DNA of 64,000 nt from a virus (IMGVR_UViG_3300015615_000629:432711-496710); one strand, 5' to 3'; numbered from the stretch's first letter, positions 25,105 to 34,079 are shown. Program-made: numbers and translations. The notes: generated by a model from the letters alone, not told the origin.

Positions 25105-26033
25105 AAACTCTCATAAACCTTTCTATAAGACGCCGCACGTTCCTTACTAGAATGATCTTGAACCGTTCTAAACGCCTGATCTCGAATGGAATTCAGTCTA
25201 TCCCAATTGGCCAACGATTCTGTAATTCTAGTCTTAATTAACTCGACATCCTCATTGCTTCCCCTAATTAACTCCATGTTTTTGCCATTATACAAATCAG
25301 GTACATGCCCTACAAGACGAGATAATACAGGAATTCCACATGACATCGCTTCCAAAATAGGCATTGTGCCAGACTCAAAATTATCCACAGAATTACATAC
25401 ATGCAAAGTGGATTGGTGATAGTATTTAAGCAAATCCTTTTCTAAAACATCCTGATGAAAATCAACACTTCCCGTCTTTAAGACGCTGTTCATATAACCA
25501 CTATCAGAAATCCTTCCGACCAAACATAATCTTAAACCCAATTCCTTACACGCCTGTGCTACTTCCAAGACTCCCTTCTTCCCCTCAATTCTACTAACAG
25601 TCATGTTGATGATGTTACTGTTGGATAAATATGGCACCTTCTTGAAAGCCTCTAAATCAATACCCAAAGGGATGATTTCAGCACTAGGCAGTTCACTCTT
25701 TTGATAAGAATTTACTACAAAAACACGAAGATACTCCTCCCAAAGTTCTTCCTTGAGATTATAGGGATTGTAATGAGTTAAAATCTTCTTTTTGTTATCT
25801 GCCCAAAGTTCTGGAAATAGACTTTTAATCTTCGAAGCAGATTTCCAATACTGAGCATCGACAATATCTGCCCATTTTAGACCCTCCCGAGCCGCTTTCA
25901 TTTGGGCATCATCGGGCTTCTTAGGGTGAAAATAAAGAAGTTTGAAGTCTAAATCTTTATTGTATTTCTGAATGTCCAATGCAAGGGTAGTAATGGCCGT
26001 CTTGGGAGCGGGAACAATTTGTAATATTTTCAT
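25101..26033 (-). CDS. GT4-family (GT-B) glycosyltransferase
   Basis: NFESGTMPILEAMSCGIPVLS is the E-X7-E region. Confidence 0.7.
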   Translation of the reverse strand: MKILQIVPAPKTAITTLALDIQKYNKDLDFKLLYFHPKKPDDAQMKAAREGLKWADIVDAQYWKSASKIKSLFPELWADNKKKILTHYNPYNLKEELWEEYLRVFVVNSYQKSELPSAEIIPLGIDLEAFKKVPYLSNSNIINMTVSRIEGKKGVLEVAQACKELGLRLCLVGRISDSGYMNSVLKTGSVDFHQDVLEKDLLKYYHQSTLHVCNSVDNFESGTMPILEAMSCGIPVLSRLVGHVPDLYNGKNMELIRGSNEDVELIKTRITESLANWDRLNSIRDQAFRTVQDHSSKERAASYRKVYESL

Positions 26034-26086
26034 GAATTAATATAGTGTTTTCTGGTGACGTATAACAAATGTTTTGGTATTCTGCT

Positions 26087-26404
26087 TCATAATTTCTCAA
26101 CACGATAATACCTTTCAGTGATTAGTGCGTTTCTAACATACTCAGCAGCTTCGGCCATAGTGGGAAAAATCCTTTCAGGGCGGTCACTCATAGTTACTAC
26201 GACAGGCAGGGTATTTTGAACACGATAATCCGGAAGTAATGGCTTTCCGCGCAATAATCTAGACAGATGGCGTGGATAAACTCCATCTGCTTGTCTTATT
26301 GTTTCTATTTCTACTTTGTTCAGATCGGCAACCTTTACGTACTCCCTAGCATAATCTGTTTCCACAACATAATAGCAAAAGCATTCTGAAATACTATAAT
26401 TCAT
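26087..26404 (-). CDS. Hypothetical protein
   Basis: ATG-initiated ORF, divergent from 26456. Confidence 0.4.
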   Translation of the reverse strand: MNYSISECFCYYVVETDYAREYVKVADLNKVEIETIRQADGVYPRHLSRLLRGKPLLPDYRVQNTLPVVVTMSDRPERIFPTMAEAAEYVRNALITERYYRVEKL

Positions 26405-26455
26405 AAAATTTCTCCCTCTAATAAATAGTCTAGCAGTTCAATAGATAAAATCCAG

Positions 26456-27460
26456 ATGAAAAAAGTATTATTCGGCCCGGTTTCAAACGCACCTTCCTGG
26501 GAATGGGTAGGTAAAGATATTGCAGAATCCCTAAAAACACACTACGAGGTAGAATTTTTTACGGATAAAATCACCCCAGCAGATGCTATTTTTGTAATAA
26601 AAAAGCCTCTTAACGCCGGACAACTAAGAGACACCCACGGCTCTAAAATCATCTACATTCCAGTGGATTATTTCACCAGCCACGGACACATCTACTCACA
26701 CCGCAAATTCCTGCAAAGTTGCTCCATAATAGGCGTACATTGCGATAAACTTAAATCTCATTTAGGCAAATTCGCTCTTACCCATAACGTAGAACATTAC
26801 CTAAAATACCCAATAAACCCTACCCCTTACAAAGAAAATGGCTTTGTCCTTTGGATCGGCGTCTATGAAACCTTACCTTTCTTCATAAAATACCTTCAAA
26901 CCAATCCAATTGCAAATGATATCAAAATTCTTACCAATCTCTCCAATAAAAGTGCCGTAGGAAGATCGCACAAATTCCAAGCCCATTACAACATAGACCT
27001 GAATAATATACCATTCAAACTTTATGACTGGACGCCTGAATTACAAGCCCAAATGATGTCCGAAGCCAAAGCGGCTATCGAAATCAAAGATGGGGACTTT
27101 ATAGGCTCTCATAAACCACCTACTAAAGCCCAACAATTCATTGCAAATGGCATCCCATTAGCCTGTAAGGGTTATTACGCAACTAATTATTTTAAAAAAT
27201 ATGGTTTTTCAATTCCGGAACCTAACGACTATTGGCTTTCCAAAAAATATTGGGAGAAAACCCAAGAAATGGCCAAAGTCTTAAGGAGAGACCTGTCTTT
27301 AGAAAATGTAAGAAATAAATATATTCAATTTATAGAAGCAAACGAGCCGCAAATTAAGACTACAACGGTTATAACTAAGGATTCAAAGATTAAAAAGAAC
27401 GCACTTACAATGGAACAATGGAAAAGGATTCGGCGATCTTTGAAGCAACGTGGCGGTTAA
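26456..27460 (+). CDS. Conserved hypothetical protein, paralog of 16948..17883
   Basis: See the paralog for the shared blocks. ATG at 26456. Confidence 0.5.
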   Translation: MKKVLFGPVSNAPSWEWVGKDIAESLKTHYEVEFFTDKITPADAIFVIKKPLNAGQLRDTHGSKIIYIPVDYFTSHGHIYSHRKFLQSCSIIGVHCDKLKSHLGKFALTHNVEHYLKYPINPTPYKENGFVLWIGVYETLPFFIKYLQTNPIANDIKILTNLSNKSAVGRSHKFQAHYNIDLNNIPFKLYDWTPELQAQMMSEAKAAIEIKDGDFIGSHKPPTKAQQFIANGIPLACKGYYATNYFKKYGFSIPEPNDYWLSKKYWEKTQEMAKVLRRDLSLENVRNKYIQFIEANEPQIKTTTVITKDSKIKKNALTMEQWKRIRRSLKQRGG

Positions 27461-28250
27461 GCATATGCCCAGTTCGATAACCAGTTATTTTTCCTTCTAA
27501 TCTACAGCCCAACAACCCAAAATCTCCAATCATATCCAATACTTTATGTCTGGCAATTTCATTATCAGTCTTCATTTCTACCAAAAACTTATCCGTGTAA
27601 ATGATATAAGGGCTTTTCGAACAGTTTTTAGGCAATAATTTAAATTCCTTACGTTTCTTCTCCCACAATTTTCCTTCTTCGTCTAAAGGATAATGCAAAC
27701 AAGTCCTGCTCCAAGAGATTTCTTTCCTGTAAATCAATGGATCAATGGTAAAACCTGCAACTTGTGTCCCTAAAGCATTATCATAATCCATTACAGCAGA
27801 CATGGTTATACCGGAAACTGGAGAAGGCTCTACTTCAATATGTTTGTCATTTAAGTAAAACTTCTTTCTCTCCGAAATTCTTATTAAATTAACTGGTTTT
27901 TGAATTTCTAAAAAACCAGTTTTAGAAATTATTCGTGTAAAAATATCAGAACTAGCACAGAAGGGAACTTCCTCTTGATCTAATTCGATTAAAATATTAT
28001 CCAATCCAAGGCCGTATATGGCAGATAACAGGTGTTCAGTCATAATAACGCGAACACCATCTTTTTTAAGCGTTGTAGTCAAACCTACTTCTTCATGATC
28101 TATAAACTCCAACAAGGCTGGAATAAAGGTATCTTTTACCTTAAAAACAACGCCATTGTCATGAGGATGACAATGCATGGCTATTTTCTTCCCGCTTCTT
28201 AAGGCTCGTCCTTTAAGAGTAAACGAAGAAGATAGTGTGGTTTGTTTCAT
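27405..28250 (-). CDS. LpxC-family zinc deacetylase (UDP-3-O-acyl-GlcNAc deacetylase-like)
   Basis: MKQTTL...GRALRSGKKIAMHCHP...VRVIMTEHLLSAIYGLGLDNILIELDQEEVPF...HKVLDMIGDFGLLG...GYRTGHMLNRHV. This aligns along its whole length with E. coli LpxC, including the HKxLD and GH.LN motifs. Confidence 0.75.
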   Translation of the reverse strand: MKQTTLSSSFTLKGRALRSGKKIAMHCHPHDNGVVFKVKDTFIPALLEFIDHEEVGLTTTLKKDGVRVIMTEHLLSAIYGLGLDNILIELDQEEVPFCASSDIFTRIISKTGFLEIQKPVNLIRISERKKFYLNDKHIEVEPSPVSGITMSAVMDYDNALGTQVAGFTIDPLIYRKEISWSRTCLHYPLDEEGKLWEKKRKEFKLLPKNCSKSPYIIYTDKFLVEMKTDNEIARHKVLDMIGDFGLLGCRLEGKITGYRTGHMLNRHVASKIAESFSIVPL

Positions 28251-28756
28251 TTGGCAAAAATTCCCATCTTATTCTTGCCAGCAAATACGTTTAACTCCCA
28301 AGGATAAAGACTAGAGAATTCTTCATAAGTCCAACCGGAAATATGTTGTTCATTAATGTTGTCATAATGAATTTTTGCTGGACGGATTTCGCCGGAATTT
28401 TCACTTAAAGGGACAGATACAACCACATGATTATATCTGTTTAAGGCTTTAGAAAGAATTTCTTCGGCATCTTGTTTAGGAAGATGCTCAAGAATATCGC
28501 CGAAGATTATGCAGTCAGCAGTAGGTAATTCGACGAAACGAATGTCGCCGATAATGATTCTCTCGTAATACTGCTTTAGATTAAACTGCTCTACGTAAGG
28601 CTCCCAGATTTCAATAGCTATATAATGATATTCTGGGCCTAACAGGCGTGGATAGGTAGCAGAACCAGCCCCAACATCAACAATATACTTAATATCTGGC
28701 TGCTTCTGTAACCACTCTTTAATCTCTTGTTTACCTTGAACTACACTTCCTGGCAT
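28247..28756 (-). CDS. Class I SAM-dependent methyltransferase
   Basis: IVDVGAGSA motif I and IIFGDILEHL motif II/III. Confidence 0.6.
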   Translation of the reverse strand: MPGSVVQGKQEIKEWLQKQPDIKYIVDVGAGSATYPRLLGPEYHYIAIEIWEPYVEQFNLKQYYERIIIGDIRFVELPTADCIIFGDILEHLPKQDAEEILSKALNRYNHVVVSVPLSENSGEIRPAKIHYDNINEQHISGWTYEEFSSLYPWELNVFAGKNKMGIFAK

Positions 28757-28776
28757 GGAAGTATATATAACTATTT

Positions 28777-28974
28777 TTACTCCAATTTAGTCCATTTAAT
28801 ATATTCAAGCGTTAAATCTATGACAATGAAAGTAAAAATAACGGGAAAGAAAAACAGCCAAAACCTAAAGTTTATAGCATTTATGCCGCCGCAATAAACA
28901 GCAGTTGACATTACCAGCATCGAAAGAACGAACCCTCTTATAAATTCAATTTTGTTTCTTGTCATAATTGTCAA
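28777..28974 (-). CDS. Small 2-TM membrane protein, paralog of 24898..25104
   Basis: Hydrophobic. The first of three overlapping small TM ORFs. Confidence 0.35.
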   Translation of the reverse strand: MTIMTRNKIEFIRGFVLSMLVMSTAVYCGGINAINFRFWLFFFPVIFTFIVIDLTLEYIKWTKLE

Positions 28975-29188
28975 TTTTAAATAAAACCCAAGAAAGGAAA
29001 AGATACATTATACAACAAATTACGCACGATATAACTAGTTTTAAAGATACACTGCCCTCGGAAAAATAGGTAATCGCCAACGCAAATATCAAAAGCATCT
29101 CAAAACGAATTACCAGAGACATTATCGAATTTATATTAAAAAGAGATTCTGGTGCTTCTCCAAAATATTGATAAGGATTATCTTCCAT
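28946..29188 (-). CDS. Small 2-TM membrane protein
   Basis: Overlaps its neighbours by 29 nt and 11 nt. Confidence 0.3.
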   Translation of the reverse strand: MEDNPYQYFGEAPESLFNINSIMSLVIRFEMLLIFALAITYFSEGSVSLKLVISCVICCIMYLFLSWVLFKIDNYDKKQN

Positions 29189-29381
29189 CTGATCGTTTAA
29201 GAAATCTTAAATCCAAGGTAAGGAAAAAAGCGAACAAGAGCAATTGTAACATAAATGTTGACAAATTCGAGCCGAGTATAAAGAATGAAAAGATCATTCC
29301 TATAACACAGCCAATAGCAAAGGGAAATTTCAGCCAAATATCGAAAAGGTATTTCATTTTAAACCTTTCTTTTAAAAACAA
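29178..29381 (-). CDS. Small 2-TM membrane protein
   Basis: Hydrophobic ORF. Confidence 0.3.
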   Translation of the reverse strand: MFLKERFKMKYLFDIWLKFPFAIGCVIGMIFSFFILGSNLSTFMLQLLLFAFFLTLDLRFLKRSDGR

Positions 29382-29587
29382 TGACCGCTATCTATCGCTT
29401 CATAGAATCTATCGAGAAATTGAATCGGACTTACTCGCGAAGGATAAACGTAATAAATATCACTCGGCGAAGGCGGCTTAACCCATTTAGGGGAAATGGA
29501 ATCAACTTTTGTTGTTCCACTTCGCAATAATAACGATGCAGGTAACATCGATATTAAACCAGATATAAATGAACGTCTTGTGAGCAT
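29372..29587 (-). CDS. Small protein with a Tat-like N-terminus (TRRSFISG)
   Basis: AAGAAGG SD before ATG 29587. An S/T-R-R-x-F-L-like motif is followed by a hydrophobic stretch and ASLL. Confidence 0.35.
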   Translation of the reverse strand: MLTRRSFISGLISMLPASLLLRSGTTKVDSISPKWVKPPSPSDIYYVYPSRVSPIQFLDRFYEAIDSGHCF

Positions 29588-29639
29588 TTTACCTTCTTAA
29601 GATATTTATACATTAAATTAGAAGTCTCCATATACCTCC

Positions 29640-30635
29640 TTATATTTCCTTTACATAATTAATCACACCAAACATTTTACTTCCTTCACGTAATAGCTTC
29701 CTAATCATACATGTCCTCGACGGCAAATCCACCATGAAAGGTGAGAAAACATATCCATTGAGATAGTAATCAGATTTGGGCTTTGCTACAATTAATACCT
29801 TGTCTTTTGGCATATATGTCGAAGTGTATTCTAAAGAATCCGTCGAACCGCCAGATAAAACAAACTTATCCTCATGGAGTAGCACCTTGATTAAACAATC
29901 ATGATTGTCAGGATGCGTTAAAATACTAAAAGATAATTCTTCCTTATCAATATTGGTTTTTTCTAATATCTTCGCTTTTACAGAGTCAATCATGTTGCGA
30001 AGAGATGCATTACGAGTTATATGAAATTCTGTATCGAAAAGACTGTTCTCAGGACATGTATAATGATAAACCGTCCCACTCCAATTGATTAAATCTTCAA
30101 TCAAAAGCTTGTTTAACTCATCTATACCAGCGTCATATATGCCACAACAATAATTTTCACTCTCAAAAACCCATTTGTCACCTCTGTCCCTCTTGTAAAA
30201 AATAAGACCATTTTGATCAACAAGCGGAGTACAACCTAAAAGGTATGGACTGATTATTTGCGACAATTTAGATTTAATCCTGTCTATATCAAAATCCGTC
30301 TCAAGAAATTCGCTAAAACTCTTTTGATTCTCCAATATTATTGCCACACATTGCTCAGTCCAAATTCCACAGGATAAATCTGCTTTATCTTTCCACTTGC
30401 TATGAATCGCCTCTACTTCTCGCTCTGCCAAATATTTGTAATAATCTATCGGCCAGTAAAAAACAGATCTCTCATACTTCTCATTATTCATGAAATCAAA
30501 AATTACTTTTTGATTATACCTCCGATGCCCACCCTCCGTCTTAATTACCTTTAACTTGTCATCCCACTTCCTCAATGTCTGAGGTGAAACTTGCAATAAA
30601 GTTGCAACGTCCTTTAATGTCAATAATTGCTCCAT
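29640..30635 (-). CDS. MerR/excisionase-type HTH DNA-binding protein with a large C-terminal domain
   Basis: LTLKDVATLLQVSPQTLRKWDDKLKVIKTEGGHRRY is an HTH_17/MerR N-terminal signature. Confidence 0.55.
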   Translation of the reverse strand: MEQLLTLKDVATLLQVSPQTLRKWDDKLKVIKTEGGHRRYNQKVIFDFMNNEKYERSVFYWPIDYYKYLAEREVEAIHSKWKDKADLSCGIWTEQCVAIILENQKSFSEFLETDFDIDRIKSKLSQIISPYLLGCTPLVDQNGLIFYKRDRGDKWVFESENYCCGIYDAGIDELNKLLIEDLINWSGTVYHYTCPENSLFDTEFHITRNASLRNMIDSVKAKILEKTNIDKEELSFSILTHPDNHDCLIKVLLHEDKFVLSGGSTDSLEYTSTYMPKDKVLIVAKPKSDYYLNGYVFSPFMVDLPSRTCMIRKLLREGSKMFGVINYVKEI

Positions 30636-30682
30636 AAATCTCCTAAAAATTGATAAAACCTACTAAAATGTTATAGTAAGAT

Positions 30683-31093
30683 TTATTTAAATTTTGGCAA
30701 AATTTCTTTTTCAATATAATCGGCAATTTCTGCAAAAGATTTACCATCATTGTCATTTAGAATAGCGAGCCTAACTTGATAAGACTCTTTCAGTCCTGAA
30801 GCCTCAAAATCTTCCCTAAGAAAGTCTATGCCGATTGGGTATTGAGCAACATCATTGTAGTATTTTACGTCAACGGGAGCCCCATTTGGTTCTCCTAAAA
30901 AATGACCTATACTAGACTGTTTAATCTCTTCTTTTAAATTACCATAAATCTCCTGCCACAACTCACAAGCTACCCCCAAACAACAATATTTCCATTCTTC
31001 GCCATCTTTACAAGCCAACGCTTTCCGTCCCTGCACATACTTGCCAGAACGTAATGCCTCTATCCACTTTATGATAAACTCTCTATCTGTCAT
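30683..31093 (-). CDS. Hypothetical protein
   Basis: ATG-initiated ORF, tightly spaced in the minus-strand operon. Confidence 0.4.
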   Translation of the reverse strand: MTDREFIIKWIEALRSGKYVQGRKALACKDGEEWKYCCLGVACELWQEIYGNLKEEIKQSSIGHFLGEPNGAPVDVKYYNDVAQYPIGIDFLREDFEASGLKESYQVRLAILNDNDGKSFAEIADYIEKEILPKFK

Positions 31094-31094
31094 A

Positions 31095-31559
31095 TTACTT
31101 TTTCTTTTTAATGTTTGCTATCGTTGTTTTGTTGGCACTTTTTGGAACAAATCTGAAATAAACTGAATCGAACTTAATTTCTTCCGCCACCGCAGAACTA
31201 AAACGAGTCTGCCAGAAACGAGAAACAACCTCCTCACACAAATCTACCGGACTCTTAAAAGGAATTTCATCAATAAAAGAAGCCCCACCACCCAAACAAA
31301 CATATCCACAATCTGTATTCGGAAGCCGTGGCGTAAAACCATCAGATTTCCTTTCTATATGCAATTCATAGAAAAATAATCGCCCTTCATATTTTGAAAA
31401 ATATACATAGAAATACATTTCTGGAAGTTCGACATGTTTTTGCCCACGCTTGCCAAACAATGTCCGCCCACTAGCAGGGATCGTCACCCTTCCAAAAAAA
31501 CTATCCCTGCCATGCTTAAAGAATTCAATTTTCAGTTTTTTCTTTTTCATGACCTTCAT
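31095..31559 (-). CDS. Hypothetical protein
   Basis: ATG-initiated ORF. Confidence 0.4.
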   Translation of the reverse strand: MKVMKKKKLKIEFFKHGRDSFFGRVTIPASGRTLFGKRGQKHVELPEMYFYVYFSKYEGRLFFYELHIERKSDGFTPRLPNTDCGYVCLGGGASFIDEIPFKSPVDLCEEVVSRFWQTRFSSAVAEEIKFDSVYFRFVPKSANKTTIANIKKKK

Positions 31560-31571
31560 ATAAAATATTCC

Positions 31572-32417
31572 TTATTTCTCTATTTGAACAGGAGCCTTCT
31601 GAACAGGTACAGTAACCAACGGCATTATTCCACCACTTCCCACAAACTGTGGCGAAATTCCATTCCACTTTTGAACCATGCCATATTGAATCAACTCGGG
31701 CGTTATACTCTCAGCCAATATCTTGTTAGCCTTAGCCTGTGCCTCCGCTACCATCAATATCGACTGTGCTTCACCTTCCGCTTCCGCAATTTGCTGCCGT
31801 GCTTCAGCCTCTGATTGCTTCACCTTGTTCTCAGCCTTAATCGCCAACTGTGAAGCCTCAATTGTCGCATTAATAGAAGCTTCTACGGACTGATCCACAC
31901 GTAATTTGCCCACAATCGCTATCGTATCAAATACAAATCCATCCTTCTCTAACTTAATCTGTAAATCAGACTTGATCTGCTCCAACAAGTCCTGCCGCAT
32001 TACCCCAAAAATATCCATCACCTTCATCTTGCTGGCATGAATCGTAAACGCATCCCTCACCTGCTGCCGCAAATATTGATGAGATACGTACTCTATATCC
32101 TTACGTAAATCTACAAAAATATGAGCAACCTTATCTTCCCGAATCCGGTAACTAACACTCACATCACACTCAACACGAGTACCTTCTACCGAGTTAAATG
32201 TAATAGCCTCTTCCCCAACCCAATTTACCATATTTAAAAATGTAGGGAATTTATACACTTCAGTCGTGAAAGGATTATACCAAACCCGTCCCGTCTTTAA
32301 GGGGAAATCTTCAACACCCTTTTGATTGCCATATTGATTTACCTTGATACCTACATATCCAGGCTCAACCTTCGCACAACCAGCCAACACCAAAACACCA
32401 ATCAACAAATAACGCAT
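31572..32417 (-). CDS. SPFH/Band-7 (stomatin/prohibitin/HflC-like) lipoprotein
   Basis: Lipobox LVLAGC. VEPGYVGIKV...LKTGRVWYNPF...VECDVSVSYRI is an SPFH-domain N-terminal pattern. A C-terminal A/E/Q-rich coiled-coil follows. Confidence 0.65.
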   Translation of the reverse strand: MRYLLIGVLVLAGCAKVEPGYVGIKVNQYGNQKGVEDFPLKTGRVWYNPFTTEVYKFPTFLNMVNWVGEEAITFNSVEGTRVECDVSVSYRIREDKVAHIFVDLRKDIEYVSHQYLRQQVRDAFTIHASKMKVMDIFGVMRQDLLEQIKSDLQIKLEKDGFVFDTIAIVGKLRVDQSVEASINATIEASQLAIKAENKVKQSEAEARQQIAEAEGEAQSILMVAEAQAKANKILAESITPELIQYGMVQKWNGISPQFVGSGGIMPLVTVPVQKAPVQIEK

Positions 32418-32614
32418 TACTTTCCTTTATAGAAAAATTTTGAACTCTTTATACAAATCAAAACACTAACAAAAAACCAACCCACCAAAACTACTAAACC
32501 GTAAATCACCGATTCAGTATTCGGTTCAGTTATCAAATCAAGGCTGTTAGTTAGGACTGGCATTGTAACTAAAAACCATATTATCGCAATAGTAACCAAA
32601 ATAAGGTATTTCAT
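32417..32614 (-). CDS. Small 2-TM membrane protein immediately upstream of the SPFH gene (NfeD-position partner)
   Basis: Hydrophobic. Its stop overlaps the SPFH start. Confidence 0.4.
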   Translation of the reverse strand: MKYLILVTIAIIWFLVTMPVLTNSLDLITEPNTESVIYGLVVLVGWFFVSVLICIKSSKFFYKGK

Positions 32615-32642
32615 TTTTTCTCCTCCACACTATAATGATTTC

Positions 32643-33500
32643 ATGATTATTGAAACAGATTTAGGCCACGATCCAGATGACTTCTTTACTATCTGCTATC
32701 TCGCCGCCGTCAACGTAGAAATAGAGTCTATCCTAATTACTCCAGGCGATCCAGATCAAATTGCCATCGCTAAATTCCTCTGTAAAGAATTAGGACTAAA
32801 TATCCCAATCGGTGTCTCTCGCCCAGATAGAAATAAATCTTCCTGCCGTGGCATTCATACTGATGTTCTTAACAAATACAAGTTCCCACTAACCGCAAAA
32901 CCCGATGGATTGGGAATTGACATTCTTAAAGAGATCGTAAACGAAAAAACCGAATTTTTAATTATTGGACCCGTTGAGAGTATAGGTAAATATCTGGCGG
33001 AAAATCCAGATAAAACCATTAAAAAAGCCACCATGCAAGGCGGCTTCCTCGGATACAATTTACACAATTACGATTGTGTTAAAATAGATAAATTTGAAAA
33101 TACTATCTGGCAGCCAACTTTTAATCTAAACGGCAACAGAAAAGCAGGTGTTGACTTTTTAAACGCAAATATAAAAGAACGTAGAATGGTAGGTAAGAAT
33201 GTTTGTCATACTATTGTGTATGATAAAGATGTTTTAAGTAATACAAATCCACCCCCAAATAGAGCCGCAGAAATATTCTATGAAACTATGTCCATGTATC
33301 TAGAAAAACATGAACACAAGAAGTTTCATGATCCAACCGCTGCGATCTGTCACCTAAACCCAGAAATAGGCCAATGGGTTCGTGGTAAAACAGTTAAAAT
33401 GGAATCCGGTTGGGGAACCGTCTTAGATGATAATGGAGATTATATATTGGCAAACATTGACCAAAATACTCTATGGGAACACATTACACAATGGAAATAA
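32643..33500 (+). CDS. Inosine-uridine-preferring nucleoside hydrolase (IUNH) family-like protein
   Basis: N-terminal IIETDLGHDPDDFFTICYL matches the DxDxGxDD aspartate cluster of nucleoside hydrolases. A C-terminal His-containing region is present. Confidence 0.5.
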   Translation: MIIETDLGHDPDDFFTICYLAAVNVEIESILITPGDPDQIAIAKFLCKELGLNIPIGVSRPDRNKSSCRGIHTDVLNKYKFPLTAKPDGLGIDILKEIVNEKTEFLIIGPVESIGKYLAENPDKTIKKATMQGGFLGYNLHNYDCVKIDKFENTIWQPTFNLNGNRKAGVDFLNANIKERRMVGKNVCHTIVYDKDVLSNTNPPPNRAAEIFYETMSMYLEKHEHKKFHDPTAAICHLNPEIGQWVRGKTVKMESGWGTVLDDNGDYILANIDQNTLWEHITQWK

Positions 33501-33501
33501 A

Positions 33502-33672
33502 TTAGCACTTTTCTCTCAAATCTTTTAATATCTCGTTGTTAATCTCTTTCCGGACTTCTAATTTGATAAGTTCATCAAGTTCTTCTGCTAGCGGATCCAA
33601 TTCTGGATTCAACTCGGAAATTACTAAATCATCCTGCCATTTATCAAAAAGGTCATCTTGGGATAAATTCAT
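33502..33672 (-). CDS. Hypothetical small acidic protein
   Basis: The track start is TTG 33732. The first ATG is 33672. Confidence 0.3.
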   Translation of the reverse strand: MNLSQDDLFDKWQDDLVISELNPELDPLAEELDELIKLEVRKEINNEILKDLREKC

Positions 33673-33854
33673 TTTATTCTTCGCTAATTTGTATAGCTTT
33701 CCATAAATTACGGTGATATTCAACTTCTTCAACTAATTCCTTGACAAAGTATGCCAAACGAGATTCACGCTTCTCTTGCCAACGATCATTGTGAGTTTCT
33801 TCTGCTAGCCTTTTGACCTCTTCAATCTGTTCATTTGTTAGCATATATAATGAT

Positions 33855-34079
33855 ATGAATAAAACTGTTTTGTGGATTGTAATTGTGGTTTTAGCAGGTT
33901 TTGGATTTTATATCTACTCAGATAAAATACTTGACCGAGTTATCGATAAAGCCATCGACCGTATGGACCACGAAAAAATAGTCGATAAAGTTTATGATAA
34001 ATTCAAAGAAGAATACCCAAACTTCCACCGCATTTCTAAAGATTTGGATCAAAGGTTCTATAGAAACGAACGACCTTAA
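33855..34079 (+). CDS. Small signal-anchored protein
   Basis: The track start is TTG 33813. ATG 33855 gives MNKTVLWIVIVVLAGFGFYIY (a TM helix), then a charged tail. Confidence 0.35.
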   Translation: MNKTVLWIVIVVLAGFGFYIYSDKILDRVIDKAIDRMDHEKIVDKVYDKFKEEYPNFHRISKDLDQRFYRNERP

